Source of the DNA: Octopus bimaculoides
Lineage: Eukaryota
Assembly: GCF_001194135.2 (NCBI RefSeq)
Contig: NC_068993.1
Coordinates: forward strand, 55,281,424 to 55,345,423
Direction: 5' to 3'
Length of the DNA: 64,000 nt
In this document: positions 41,044 through 54,867 of the stretch, piece after piece
Numbering within the stretch: the stretch's first letter is position 1
Layout: every line of letters begins with the position of its first letter
Program-made: the position numbers and the translations under genes
The notes under the pieces: generated by a model
The model's database searches: none
What the model was told of the DNA's origin: nothing
The model's input: the letters and a program-made list of their open reading frames with translations, nothing else

Positions 41044-41730
41044 CATCATCATCATCATCGTTTAACGTCCGCCTTTCATGCTAGCATGGGTTGGACGATT
41101 TGACTGAGGACTGGCAAACCAGATGGCTACACCAGGCTCCAATCTGATTTGGCAGAGTTTCTACAGCTGGATGCCCTTCCTAATGTCAACCACTCTGACA
41201 GTGTAGTGGGTGCTTTTACGTGTCACCGGCACGAAGGCCAGTAAGGCGGTACTGGCAACGGCCATGCTCAAAATGGTGTATTTTACGTGTCACCTACACA
41301 GGAACCAGTCCAGCGGCACTGGCAACAATCTCGCTCGAATGTTTTTTTCATGTGCCACCGGCACAAGTGCCAGTAAGGCGACGCTGGTAATGATCACGCT
41401 TGGACGGTGCTCTTAGCGCTCCACTGGTACAGGTTCCAACACAATTTCAAATTCACTTCCCCAACAGGTCTTCGCAAACCGAGTTTAGTGTCCAGTGAAG
41501 GAGAGGTTGGCATGGGTACCAGTTGTTGAATTTGGTTCAATTTCGATTTCACTTGCCTCAGCAGGTTTTTGCAAATGGAGTTTAGTGTCCAATGAAGGAA
41601 AGGTACGCATAAGTGGGCTGGCTACACCCCTGGCAGAGGCCTCGGATTATGGTCTCACTTGGCTTGCCAGGTCTTCTCACGCACAGCAAATTTCCAAAGG
41701 TCTCGGTCACAAGTCCTTGCCTCGGTGAGG
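41044..41730 (-). mobile_element. 5'-truncated RTE LINE: last 24 codons, about 600-nt 3' UTR and (GAT)n tail
   Basis: 41729-41655 reads LTEARTCDRDLWKFAVREKTWQAK*. The 3' UTR ends ...gcggacgttaaacgatgatgatg. Shorter copies of this 3' end lie at about 32660(-), 36490(+), 38060(+), 43365(-), 44925(+), 50270(+), 57800(+), 60920(-), 62440(+), 63195(-). Confidence 0.85.
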
Positions 41731-42845
41731 CCTAAAACATAGACACTAAATCACAAACATACAATTCCACAATAACTAATACGGCTGCTACAGGACATAC
41801 ATTTAACAACACTATATGCACTAATATAGATGTTACCACAGAACATATATTTAAGCCTTTAGCATTTAAACCAGCCTTATCTAGCCCAACTATTCTACCT
41901 GTCTTATGTTCAAACTAACCAGATTTGGCCTCTCACACCAACCCGACAATGTAATTCTAAAAATAAACCAACACACCATCGAAATCATGAAGCTATGAAA
42001 TAATACATGATTATTTCCAGACAATTTGAAATCATAACTATTGCATTTGTCAGATTGATCTAAACACTCAAGGGTTAATGACAGCACAGTTATTTGCAGT
42101 TCAAATATTGAACAACACTTACCAGTCACCAGCAGTGTTGTGACAAGAAATATTTACTGAGAATCAAATTGTTTTATTTGGCACAAAAGATCAGCTCCAG
42201 AATTCAGTACATAGACTTGAGTGTGTGTCCACATTTATTGCACATGGCTGACTGTCAGCTTTCAACTAAAGTGTACCATAAGCGACCTACCTGCAACAGA
42301 AGTTATTATAATGATTTCATAGCACTTTAAAGATTGATTGGCACTTTCCAGATCCTTGATGAGTCATGAGGAAATTCAAGTCAACCATAATTTCATCTTC
42401 AATAACTGAATCAACATTGAACTGCTCTTGCTCACATGCTTGTTTTGCCTTGAACATGTCAGGATGGTGAATTGACCATGGCAGTCGATTCACCATCACC
42501 ATTGTCATCATTTAACATCCATTTTCCATGCTGGCATGGGTTGGATGGTAGGGCAGGTGGCATGTCTTACTATGCCGGCATGCGTTTAGGTAAGACATGT
42601 TATAGCAAAAGGTGTTAACTATGGAAGCTTTAAACAGTTGAATAATATCCGAAAAATGACTCTTTTCAGACAATTATGGTCTCTGTTAGTGTAGGTTTTC
42701 ATTCACATGCGTTAACTACAGCATTAGAGTGGTTTAGCTCTTATTTCTAGCAATGTAGGCGTTTCTTAAACCCTAGTCACATTTAGTGACAATCATAATT
42801 CTCGTTTTTGGTGAAACATTGCANNNNNNNNNNTATCTATATATC

Positions 42846-42879
<34 letters not shown>

Positions 42880-43662
42880 TATATGTCACGTCACTCTTAG
42901 TTCTACTGGTGACATGTAACCCAGTAAAACTTGTTGCATAGTTAGGTAGTTGGTGACTAAATCGGCAAACCTACCTGGCCTGTTTGGTAAGGAGGGTGGT
43001 TTTTGTCAGAGACCCTGCAGGACAAAAAACAAAACCTGTCTGAGTGTGACTGAACTAAGTAGAGTCAATGGCCATCTAACAGCTGGGTGTATGAAACCCC
43101 TAGCCTTTGGTTAGACATCTCTGTTGGAGAAGGTAATTCTGAAATGACACCTTCCTTACGGTAAAGTCTGAGATCATGTTCTTGCTTGTTTCTGGACTAC
43201 TTGGCTTTGCAGGTGAGAGTTTTAGCAGTGTTGTGCAAGCTGTTATTGACTTTAAATTTCAGCATGGTCATGGCTAACAGCTATTGTCTTTAATATCTGA
43301 GATGAAATGATTTGTCAGTGATGGTTATACTTGTTTATAAACTGACAGGTTCCATATATATATATCATCATCATCATCATCATCATCATTTAACGTCTGC
43401 TTTCCATGCTAGCATGGGTTGGACAATTTGACTGAGGACTGGTGAAACCGGATGGCAACACCAGGCTCCAATCTAAATTTGGCAGAGTTTCTACAGCTGG
43501 ATGCCTTTCCTAACGCCAACCACTCAGAGAGTGTAGTAGGTGCTTTTATATATATGGGGGAGAATGTACGAAAAAAAAACAAAAAAACAACAACAACAGA
43601 CGAGGACAGGTGGTGTAAACAACAAAAAGATGTATTAGTTTGACGCTCGGGAATACAGAAAG

Positions 43663-43699
43663 TCTTTAACGTTTCGAGCGACGCTCTTCAACAGAAAGA
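43663..43699 (-). ncRNA. Minimal type-I hammerhead ribozyme-like motif (Penelope pLTR type)
   Basis: Minus strand reads TCTTT-CTGTTGA-A-GAGC-gtc-GCTC-GAAA-CGT-T-AAAGA: stem I TCTTT/AAAGA, stem II GAGC/GCTC, palindromic ACGT stem III, GUU cleavage triplet. One deviation in the core (CUGUUGA instead of CUGANGA). Confidence 0.65.
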
Positions 43700-44304
43700 A
43701 TACGGAGAAAACAAGGAGGAAAACACGGAGAAAAAAAATTGAATGGTGTTTGGTCAATGATCTATCATGGCTTTCCCTTTTGTGTATGAATTTTTTTTTT
43801 TCCTCGATTCAGCCACTAAAAACCACACAAAATATATAAATATACACATCTTGCATCTTTACCATAGCCATGGCTATTACCTCAGTCCATCACATTTGAG
43901 AAGTTGTAGGAAAATCAAAAAGTGTTAAAGGTTCAGGGTTTGACAAAACACAATTAAAACACCTGTGTTCTGACAGTATTATTTCACCTACCAATATCTT
44001 TTACTATTCATCATTCCTTATTCATTCATTGTGGAGGTGCAATAACCCAGTGGTTAGGGCAACGGACTCATGGTCATAGGATCGCGGTTTCGATTCCCAG
44101 ACCGGGCGTTGTGAGTGTTTATTGAGCGAAAACACCTAAAGCTCCACGAGGCTCCGGCAGGGGGTGGTGGTGAACCTTGCTGTATTCTTTCACCACAACT
44201 CTCTCTCACTCTTACTTCCTGTTTCTGTTGTACCTGTAATTCAAAGGGCCAGCCGTGTCACACTCTGTGTCATGCTAAATCTCGCTGAGAACTACATTAA
44301 GGGT

Positions 44305-44575
44305 ACAACAAAATGCAAATGTGCTTAGAGAAAAATTAAGCATAAGAGGCATCAGATGTGGTGTGCAGGAGAGAAGATTGCACAAGTGTGGTCATGTGAT
44401 GCAGATGGATGAGAATTACTATATAAAGAAGTGCTGATTGCAAAATGTGGAAGGAACATGTAGAAGAGACAGACCTAGGAAGACATGGGATGAAGTGGTG
44501 AAACTGACTTCAAGATGTTGAACCTCTCAGAGGAGATGAATGGCATTATGCTCTGCTTGAGAAGACCTGTCCATT
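44305..44575 (+). mobile_element. RTE LINE C-terminal fragment
   Basis: LREKLSIRGIRCGVQERRLHKCGHVMQMD...RPRKTWDEVVK...WHYALLEKT. Confidence 0.8.
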
Positions 44576-45366
44576 TCAGCAGATTCAAGCTCTGTTAAGC
44601 CTTCTTCCACAACTCATCTTCTATTTTTTCATTTCCCACTACATAAAACTGATATCCTCCACATCCAACTCATTCCTTATCTCTAGTCACCTGCCACACT
44701 ATTTTCACTCCGTGCACTTCCTATTCTGTCTAATTCATGTTGTACCTGTACCTCAGATCTTCTTCTTTTTCTTCTTCTCTCTCTCCAGGTGGTCAAGCCA
44801 TGTATTCACCTCTTCAGCAAGACACCTGTTCCTCTCCTTCTATCATAGTTTCTTATTCCTCCAGTCTGTACCCCACTCAGTTGTGAGGGTCTTATCTTCC
44901 AGGTGTTTGGCGACCTCACTGATGTTGGTGCCACAAAAAAGCACCCAGTACACTCTGTTAAGTGGTTGGCATTAGGAAGGGCATCCAGCTGTAGAAACTA
45001 TGGCAGACATAGAACCTGGCAGAGACTTCTGGTTTGTCTGATCTTGTCAAACTATTCAACCTATCACAGAAAAAGGAATATTAAATGATGATGATGATAT
45101 GCATAGAAACATAGACAGATACAATTGCACACACATTTCAGCAGGGACTTTGGCATATGACAGCAAGTTGATGACAAGCTCAGATTTTTTGTCCAGGGTT
45201 AGAATAGGCTGGTAGGTAATGTGGAACTTTTCTGTGACACAGAGGTTGCAAAACTCTGTTACTAAAAGTTGGAGCTATGTTTATAATTATCCAAGTATTG
45301 TTGATCAGTACCCAACGAAAATAAATCATTTTCTTTTCTTTTTGTTTGTATCTCTTCTTTTTCCAG

Positions 45367-45527
45367 GTCCAGCAATATGGTAATAAAACATTGTTAGACT
45401 TGCCCAGTGAAGGATGGATATTGTTATGTGGTAGAAACTGTATGAGTGAAGACTCATTGGTTATGGAATTAATCCAGCCTGAACCAAACAGTTTTGCCAA
45501 TTTTGCCATTGCAGCTAAATTATCGAG
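45367..45527 (+). CDS. HECTD3: HECTD3 coding exon 2 (161 nt, phase 0 to 2)
   Basis: Acceptor tctttttccag, donor AG|GTGAGT. VQQYGNKTLLDLPSEGWILLC... contains the EGW(I/L)L(L/V)C motif. Phases fit exons 1 and 3. Confidence 0.85.
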
Positions 45528-48500
45528 GTGAGTACTTTCTATATCTTCTCTCTGTCACACCTTAATAGACTGGGTTTTGGTTTATCTCTTTAGCATTTAA
45601 TCCAGCCATATCCGGCTCAGATATTCCACCTTTTTATGTTTAAACTGACCAGATCTGGCTTCATCCTCCTACCCTACTATGTCATTGTAAAAATGAATTA
45701 TCACATTATCAAAATATTGAAGGTATGCAATAATGCATAATTAAATTAAAAACAATGTTTGTAATTATGCATTGCATTTAACAGAGGAATCTGAATGCTA
45801 AAGAGTTATGAGCTGAGGGTTTTTTGATCAAATTCAATGTTGGTGTTTGGTTATGCATTCTTTTTTTATTTATTCAATGGTTTATTTTGAAGAGTGGAGG
45901 CGCAATGGCCCAGTGGTTAGGGCAGCGGACTCGCTGTTTCGATTCCCAGACCGGGTGTTGTGAGTGTTTATTGAGCGAAAACACCTAAAGCTCCACGAGG
46001 CTCCGGCAGGGGATGGTGGTGAACCCTGCTGTACTCTTCCACCACAACTTTCTCTCTTACTTCCTGTTTCTGTTGTGCCTGTAATTCAAAGGGTCAGCCT
46101 TGTCACACTGGCTAGTGTGACCACCAAACTGATTAGTGATTAGGTGGAAGGCTGGTTTCCTGTAGTTAACACAGCAGACCAACAATAAGGAAAATATGTT
46201 TATTAATAAATATAAATCAAAACTAAATATTATATAACAGCGTAACAGAATGACAAAGCACAATATATTTGATTCAACTAAACAACTAGAAGCAACGAGA
46301 ATAATAAAAGAAAATCAAAAGTTAAGGTAATTTATTTTTTCTCAGATACAAAACCCTAATTTCAAACCACTGTGTAATTATATATTTTTTTGTACACCAT
46401 TTGCTGATGTCACCCTAGGATTGACCAATTGGATTGGTTTTTTAGAGTCTGAGAAAAAATAAAAAAACAAATGGTGTTTTTATGCATTTAACCAACCAGG
46501 ATATGAGAAAAACAAGTGATGTCTTAAGGAAGTCAGCCAATTGGAATGCTAAACTACTGATAAAAACAAGTGACCAGGACACATGATAAACAAATGATGT
46601 CCTAGGCAGTCAATCAACTGGACTACAGACAGACAAAAAGACAAACGATATTTTTTATTAAGTGACCAGTCAGGACTTGAACCTCTGCCTTAAAACCAAC
46701 ATATACACAGCTGTATCAGCTTGAAAAATAGCCCAAGTTCCACATTTGAATGAATAAAGCACACAACATAACAGAGCATGTAAAAAAAATTTTTGTTTTA
46801 AAATCTTCATCATGCCTATGATAACACAATTTATTATGAGACTTATTGAACTTTCAAATTTCTTTCATGAATTATTGGTATGAAATTTTTTGAACATTGG
46901 AAGTTTCATGATTCCTTATTGCTGTAAAATGATTAAATTTCTAAATTTTCTTCATATGATTTTGCTATGAAACCTGTTCAACATCTGATTTTTGAGCGTA
47001 TTTTATCATAAGGACATTTTTTCTTGTGCCTCTTTCCTTTAAATTTTCATTTTATTTTTCCTTTTTTATCATTGAAATGGTATTTCAATAAATTTCAAAA
47101 CTTTAAGAAAAAAATAAAGCTTCATTGTAAGACACAAGTACATTTTCAACTCCCAAACCAATTTCCACTCAGCTGACAAAAATGAGTAGCACCTGTATTT
47201 CAAAGGGGCCAGCTTTGTCACATTCTGTATCACACTGAATCTCTCTGAGAACTACATTAAGGGTATGTGTGTCTGTGGAGTGCTCAGCCACTTGCACGTT
47301 AATTTCCCGAGCAGGCTGTTCCGTTGATCGGATCAACTGGAACACCTGTCATCATAACCGATGGAGTGCCACTATACAATATTGATGATTTTAATGTGTA
47401 TGAAGCAGATCTATCTGTTGGTATTGTTTATCGACCCCGAAAGGATGAAAGGCAAAGTCAACCTCATTGGAATTTGAACTCAGAACGTAAAGACAGACGA
47501 AATACCGCTAGGCATTTCGCCCGGCGTGCTAACGTTTCTGCCAGCTCGCCACTTTTATTATGAATATTGCATTTTGTTTGTCTCCTGGAAAATTGTTGCA
47601 GTTGTGAAAGTGGATTTGTGTAAATCTGAAGCCTGTGGTGTGTTGGCTAATAGTAGATGGTTGAGGGGATAAAGTATTAGGCTGCTTGTAGCTTGATGGT
47701 TCAAATCTGCTTCATTGTTGTTTCAGGATTGAACACTTATACTAAGTATGAGCGAATGAGAAAAATCTTTACATAGTCACTCAACATGTAAGAAATAGCA
47801 GCCAACTCTAACTCAAATTACAACCTACCTATCTTAGAAAAAAACACACTGAGGGAGAGATTTGATAGTATAGTCAGAGATAGCAATCTCTCTGAAGGTA
47901 AGAAAGAATGGCTTTCATCAGACAGTTCGCTCAATCATTGCAAGTTGTGGCTAAACAACAAAGACCGCACTTCAGTGAATAGTTTCTGGCTTACTTGTTG
48001 CAAGTGTTATCTGACATGAACTGACATACTATTATTCAAGGGAAGGTTTCACCTTCATTGTTTTGCAGTGGAACTAGAGCTAGTCATACAGCTCAATAAA
48101 AAAAATTAAAAAATGATCCTAATGGGAATTAGTGATACATTTACATTTGTCTATGTGACAAGGGAGGTAATCGCCTTGTCTAAGCAAATAGACGTGTTTC
48201 TGTTGGTTTGAATTTTTAGCAGAAGTAGAGTAAGAACAGACACAGAATGAATCAAATTTTCAAGTTACAATTATTTTCTCAACTACAGAAGGGGAAAGAT
48301 TCTCAACTAAAAATAATAAATTTTTATGACTTATTCTCAGAAACAAGAGCAGTCCTCATGAATTAGTATTGGACACCAAGATTGATGATTGAAATGTTGG
48401 AAGAAGCTATGATTTCAACATAGTCATATTGTGTGTGTGTGTGTATATATGTATGTGTGCGTGTGTGTGTGTTGGCTTAGTCAGAAGAAAAGCAGTTCTC

Positions 48501-49772
48501 TTTTTGTTGGGGTCCAAGGTTGAGGTTCGGAAATAGAGAAAGAATTCACAATTCGATTCATGGGTTAATGCCATAGAAAACAGCATATCAAAACTGAATT
48601 ATCTTGAGATCAGAAACACTGTTTCGAATATTCCCAATGGAATGGACTCTATGAAAGGCCAGGTAGTAATTAGCATTTGAACAGCATGATAAATTAAGTC
48701 TCCTTCCAGATTCCACTCATATGCTAGGGTCAAGTAGAGTTAATGATAAAAGACACTTCCCTGAAATGCTGCGCAATGGGCTTGAACCTGGAACCACATG
48801 GTCATGATGCACTTTTTTGTTATTTCACAAATGTTTGAGAAATGCAGTCAACTACATGACTACGTTACCAATCACTTGGCTACTTTATTTCACATATATG
48901 TGATATGTACACAGGCATCAAAACTTGGCTATATTTTGTCATACACACTACTTATAGGTGGTAAAAAGTTTGCCTCCTAACCACATGGTTTCAGGTTCAG
49001 TCCCACTGCATAGCACATTGGGTTACTGTCTTCTACTACAGCCCTGGGGTGTCTAAAGCCTTGTGATAAACAAAGACTGCATGGAAGCTTATTGTTTTTA
49101 TGTGTGTGTGTGAGTGTTTGTGTCACTTTGTCTTCACATCACATGATTGTTGTAAATGAATATCATTCATTTTCAATATTCAGCAAAAACATGTCTAGCC
49201 TTAGGGAAATGTTACCTTCTTGGAAACCAGTAAGGGCTGGTGATAGAAAAGAGATCTGGCCATAGAAAATCTACCTCATTAAACAACATCCAACTTATGC
49301 AAGCATGGAAGAGTAGACATTGAAAAAAAACCCCAAAAACTATTTGATTTACTCCTATTACTCTGGTTCTCTTCTATCACTCCCTTTCTTTCCCCCTACT
49401 ACAATGCTTATGTGATTGGTAGTAATAGCAATGCCCAGTTCTACCAGTGTTGTAATAGAAAATGTCCGTTTTGCTTTTATACAGTATCATACTTCTTACA
49501 CATACATCATTTTCGTTGCTTAGCAGAAGCAACAGTCTCTGAACTGTTTCTACCCTATTCTTATTCTGACTACAATAAATTATAAATTTACTTATGCCAT
49601 TGGTCTCTTTATCTCACTCTTTTTTTTATATATACACAGGCTAATACACGACCCATGTTATATTCCCCATTCATGTTATAACCACATCTGGGGCAAAACT
49701 AGTCGGTATACAGCACTTACTTGGTATTACCTGTATCATTAGGGTCTGGTTGACTCCATTACCCTTCATAAC

Positions 49773-49826
<54 letters not shown>

Positions 49827-49879
49827 ATATATATGTATATATATATAATATCTGTGTGAGTATGTTTATTCTTATTCAG

Positions 49880-50111
49880 TTGGCAGGAAGTGGTGGAACA
49901 TGACTTTAGTGTCCGTCTCAAGAAGTTTGAGTCTGTTCCCCCTGATGAAGAAATGGTACAGAATCTGTCCAGGGTATTGCCAAACTGGACTCTGGAAAAT
50001 GATGAAGCTCTCGTTCAACTGATGGCAAATTCTATGAATATAAATAGCCAGTTCTTGGGCAACCTCCGTCACTATGTCGACTCCGTGGATGTATCTTCGT
50101 CCTGTGTATCG
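49880..50111 (+). CDS. HECTD3: HECTD3 coding exon 3 (232 nt, phase 2 to 0), start of the DOC domain
   Basis: Acceptor ttattcag, donor TCG|GTAAGT. (S)WQEVVEH...PNWTLENDEALVQ...LGNLRHYVDSVDVSS matches WEQVVD...PTWTYECDEDL...LGSVKQYVESIDVSS. Confidence 0.93.
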
Positions 50112-50342
50112 GTAAGTTCTTCTTTATCAGTCTCTTGCTTCCCCTTTTCCCCATCTTTGGGTGATGGCTTTTACCATTTTCTTACCTGAAGACATAAGAA
50201 GTTCTTGTATATGTCTTCAGGCAGAAAAAAGCATTGATGCTCTGCACAGTCAAAGCAGACAGCTGGGGCCTGGTGTAGCACTCTGGCTTGCCAGTGCTTG
50301 TCAAACCGTCCAACCTATACCAGCATGGAAAACAGATATTGA

Positions 50343-50374
<32 letters not shown>

Positions 50375-51263
50375 GATGATGATGATGATTTGAATAATAA
50401 AAACAGTTTACCAAAAATTTGATAAAATCAACATTGAGTTTTTTCTTGAAAATATTCCTGTTTCATGCGAGCAATTGATATTGTGTTGTGACTCTTGTGT
50501 CCTTGGCTTGTTATTGATCATATCCATAAACATTTTACAGTCACTCAAATATTTTAAAAGTAAAATAGTTTGTTTCTGTGGCCCTTTGGAATTATACTGT
50601 AGCCTCAGGTTGTGAAGCAGTTTATAAGACAACATACGAAGTCTGTCCAAAAAGACACCAAAGTGCTTGTAACTGCAGTGGTGTGCATAGGTGACCTTGA
50701 CCTTTAAGTCTACTAAAAGCCATATTATTTAACCTTGACTTTCACTCAAATAATAACTGCATCAGTTAATCATCAATTTTATATATGCTAGTGTGAACAG
50801 ATGCTTAGTGCACTTGGTAATTTGTTGTAATAATGAAGGTTTGGAATAGTAACACATGTGTGAAATTCTATTTTACAGAGACCTTTCTAATGTTACAACA
50901 GGTCTAAGTGGAGGATTGTTTGAGCTGTACACAATGCCATGTGTGGTACCTGTGGTACCATATATTACATTCACATTGGGAAGAACATCCACCAAAGATG
51001 ATCCCAAATCTAGACCTTCCACAATCACAGGCATATACCATCCTTATCTATGAGAGGCACTGACTGGGTGATGCATTGTGTTCTTGAGCAATATACTTCA
51101 TTTAGCATTGCTCCAGTTCACTCAGCTAGGAAAAGTGAGTAATCTTGTGATATACTGGCATCTCATCCAGGGGGCAATATATCCTCACAGAAACTGAGAG
51201 ACTGACCCTATGGATTCATATGACTTTAAAAGGATCTTTATTATATATGTTAGTGTCCTACTG

Positions 51264-51445
51264 GATAACAACATATGCCATCACTAACTATAGGTGGCAC
51301 TGGTCTAGTTGATAAAAACGTATACCATTGCTAATTATAAGTAGGCACCATCCAACATGATAACAACATACACTATCAATAACTATAAGAGGTACTAGCC
51401 TGAAGGATAACAGCATTTGCCATAGCTAATTATAAGAAGCCTTGG
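51264..51445. repeat. Degenerate 47-48-bp tandem repeat, four copies
   Basis: Units begin gataac/gataaa at 51264, 51311, 51359 and 51406. Confidence 0.75.
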
Positions 51446-51985
51446 GCTATTCCAGCACTGGGTTAACCATTAAGTGAAATAAGCATGTACTTAGGGCATC
51501 AAGGAAAGGAGGGTACCCCAGAAATGGTAAATGGTTTATGGCATGAAAGAAATCTCTTTAAACTTGCTAAGATAATATTCAAAGTAATAACATTGATTGA
51601 AAATATGATTTCAAAGTGTTCATTGTGTCTAAGTGGGGATCTGATCAAATATTTTGCAACTAAATAAAACCAGAGAAAAGTATACAAAAATAAATATTAT
51701 TTTCTATCTTACTGTTAGTATTGTTTTGTTTCGAAAAATAAAAGTTTATTTCCTGGTTTATTATTGTTTATATTTCAAATCACATATATATGGGGGCACC
51801 AAAACCTTTTAAGTGTGTAAGACTCCTATGGGTCTTTGTTTGGTCCTGCTCTATTCAAAATATCAGCCTATAGGAAAGCTGGCCTATTAGGTAACAACAG
51901 ATAGTATTACAATAGCCATATATTTGTTTTAAAGTAGAGTTCCTTCTGTTTTGGCTTTGTGTGCATTATAATGTCTCTGTTTCAG

Positions 51986-52101
51986 GATGATGGTGGGCCG
52001 CTCAACCTCACTGACGACGACCCAGATACTTACTGGGAGAGTGAGGGCAGTCAAAACCAACACTGGATCAAGTTACACATGAAGAAAGGAACTGTGATTA
52101 A
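51986..52101 (+). CDS. HECTD3: HECTD3 coding exon 4 (116 nt), DOC/APC10 domain
   Basis: Acceptor tgtttcag, donor AA|[45 protein letters not shown] carries the DOC signature LTD..DTYWES.GSQ.QHW. Missed by the ORF track. Confidence 0.96.
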
Positions 52102-52168
52102 GTAAGTGATATTTTTCATTTTGTTTCAAATGAATTTTAAAAAAATTTTTGTCACAGTTTATGCTATT

Positions 52169-52213
<45 letters not shown>

Positions 52214-53117
52214 ATGCATGTATGTGAATGCTTATTCATTCACATTGTTTTGAATTAATCGTACATTACTTCTGATGAAGTGGTTGTTTAGTTTTAGAGT
52301 GACATTCTAGGTTAGGTGTGAGAGGCTGGATCTGGTCGATTTAAACATAAACCAGGTAGAATATTTAGGCTGGTTCTGGCTGGTTTAAATGTTAAAAGGT
52401 TAAACTAGGACTAATGGATTCATGCTAGAGTCAACAAGTTTCAACTAGAAACTCAAAAACATGACACAAAACCGTTATGGTTGATGGGGATGAAAAAACT
52501 AGGACTAGAAATTTAATGTGAATTCCATTAAGGAATCTGTGTGTGTGTGCAATTCTTTTAGAAATTGGTTCGTTTGAGAATATGGGTTTTCTAAATATGA
52601 AAGTTTAAAGAGATTTCAATATTGGTTTCAAATTTTGTTACAAGGCTAGCAATTTCACAGGAGGAGGCAAGTTGATTACATTGACCTCAGTACTCAACTG
52701 GTACTTATTTTATCGACCCTGAAAGAATGAAAGTCAAAGTTGACCTCAATGGAATTTGAACTCAGAACATAAAGACAAGCAAAATGTTGCTTAGCATTTC
52801 ACCTAGCATGCTAGCGATTCTGCCAGCTTGTTGCCTTAAAGAGATTTTAATACTGAAATTGCAGTGAAGTGGGAGGGAGGGAGAGTATAAGTGGTAGAAA
52901 AATTGAGGTTGTCTCTGCGAAAGTTCAAGTGCATATTATAATCGAATCCATGGGAAAAGTAAGAGAGAAAATGAGAAAAGGAAATTTATAATTAGACATT
53001 GAGAGAAAATAAAGAAGAGGCATTTGATTGTAGACGGAAAGAATTCGGGTGAGGAAGCAAATCAGTGGCATAAGAGAAGACGTAGAAATCTTTTTAACCC
53101 ACATTGTTGTATTAAAA

Positions 53118-53475
53118 CCCTTTTGATACCAAATCTCCCTGAGACTGCCCTGGTTCGGTGATACAATCTTTTTGCTTTAAAATGTTCCAAATTAAAATCT
53201 TTCTCCAGATTAATAATTCTTTTTACTTTAGGCACAAGGCCTGAAATTTTAGGGAGGTGCTAGTATTGAATCAGTACTTATTTTATCAACTCCAAAAGGC
53301 TGAAAGGCAAAGTCGACCTTAGTAGAATTTGAACCCAGAACGTAAAGATAGATGAAATGCCACCAGTTTATTAATGACAAAATTATTTTAGTATATTTTA
53401 CTAAATTCTTCATTAGTTTCAAAATTCAATGAAACAAATGCAGTATATATCAGCAGAAATATGGTAACAAAAGGG
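53118..53475 (+). mobile_element. Second piggyBac-type MITE family, interrupted by a family C SINE (about 53228-53365)
   Basis: CCCTTTTGATACC...GGTAACAAAAGGG|TTAA termini. The internal segment is also seen at about 23795-23840. Confidence 0.6.
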
Positions 53476-54007
53476 TTAAACCAATTTTGTTCTGTTGTAG
53501 CAGCCATTTTATAGCCTTTCACACTCCAACCTAAAATTATGTCCCCCCCCCCTCCCTACCTATACTACTAACTAATCTTCTCACCCCAATTCTTTGTGTT
53601 AACAATCAAGCTTCTCTTTTATTTCTTTTACATATTCTTTTTATTTCAGTTTCTAATTAAAAATGTCTAATTTAAAATCTACTCTTTTGAGTTTTCTTTC
53701 ATACTTTTTGTTTATTTATAATTATGATTTATCCTTGAACTTATACAGAGATGCTTCAGTTTTTCTACAACTGATATCCTTCACCTCGACACCCCACCAC
53801 CACCACCACCACCTATTTATTTCAATTTAATATAAAATCTCCTTTTGTCTCCTACATATAAAAAACCCAACTCAGTCTTTGTTTTAAATTCCATTAATTG
53901 AAATGATACCTCATTCATTTGAAAAACCTGTGTCAAGTGAACCACATGGCAGTCTCTAACAAATCACATTCATTTAAGTTTAATATGAAATAATAATAAT
54001 AATAATG

Positions 54008-54050
<43 letters not shown>

Positions 54051-54538
54051 GCACTACTAGGCACCGTGCACATCTTACATAAAGCACTTTCAATATAGTG
54101 AAAATAAGAGCACCACAACAACCTACATTACATACCCAAGGTAAACATAGGTGTGCTTGGTAGTGCAGTAAAAACACATGATAAAAATAAGACTACTGAC
54201 TAATGATGATAATAATAATAATAATAATGGTATTTAACTCTTAAGCATTCAGATTTCTCTGTCAAATGTAACAGTTATTTATTCACATTTCAAAATATTA
54301 ATCATGTATTATCTTGTAGCTTTGAGGTTTCAAAGATGTGACTGTTTATTTTTTAAATGACATTGTAAAGTAGGTGTGAGAGACCAGATCTTGCTGGTTT
54401 GAACATAAAACTTGTAGACTATGTAGACCACATCTTGGGGGGTCCTTTAACTGTAAATAGCTTCCAGTTTATATATCTAGCCTTTTCAAATAATGTATGC
54501 ATAATGTGTATATATATATATATTTTTTTATTTTACAG

Positions 54539-54652
54539 AGAATTATCATTAACCCTGTCTGGTGCTGACAACATCTATCTCCCATCAAAAGTGATAGTGT
54601 GTGGAGGGGATGAATTTAATATGAAAGATTTAAATGTAGTTACTTTAGAAAG
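54539..54652 (+). CDS. HECTD3: HECTD3 coding exon 5 (114 nt), DOC domain
   Basis: Acceptor ttttacag, donor AG|GTGAGT. ELSLTLSGADNIYLPSKVIVCGGDEFNMKDLNVVTLER matches DOC D..Y.P..V.V.GG. Confidence 0.92.
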
Positions 54653-54867
54653 GTGAGTCCCCCCCTGCTGCCACCACCACCACCACCATACACTAAACCA
54701 ACTATTTCTTCCATTCAGCTTCTTGCCTTGCTCTTTCTTCTATTCATTTCATTAATGGATTTCTATTATTTACAGATGTTCTGCTTGTAACCCTTTGATT
54801 ACTTGTAGTACGTGTGTGTGTATGTGTGTGTCTCTCTCTCCATATGTGTGTGTGTATGTGTGCTTGA

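Noticed and set aside
50856-51053. 65-aa ORF after an acceptor-like ttttacag in intron 3
   Set aside because: The phase-0 reading hits TAA after three codons, there is no good donor, and no HECTD3 sequence is missing between exons 3 and 4.
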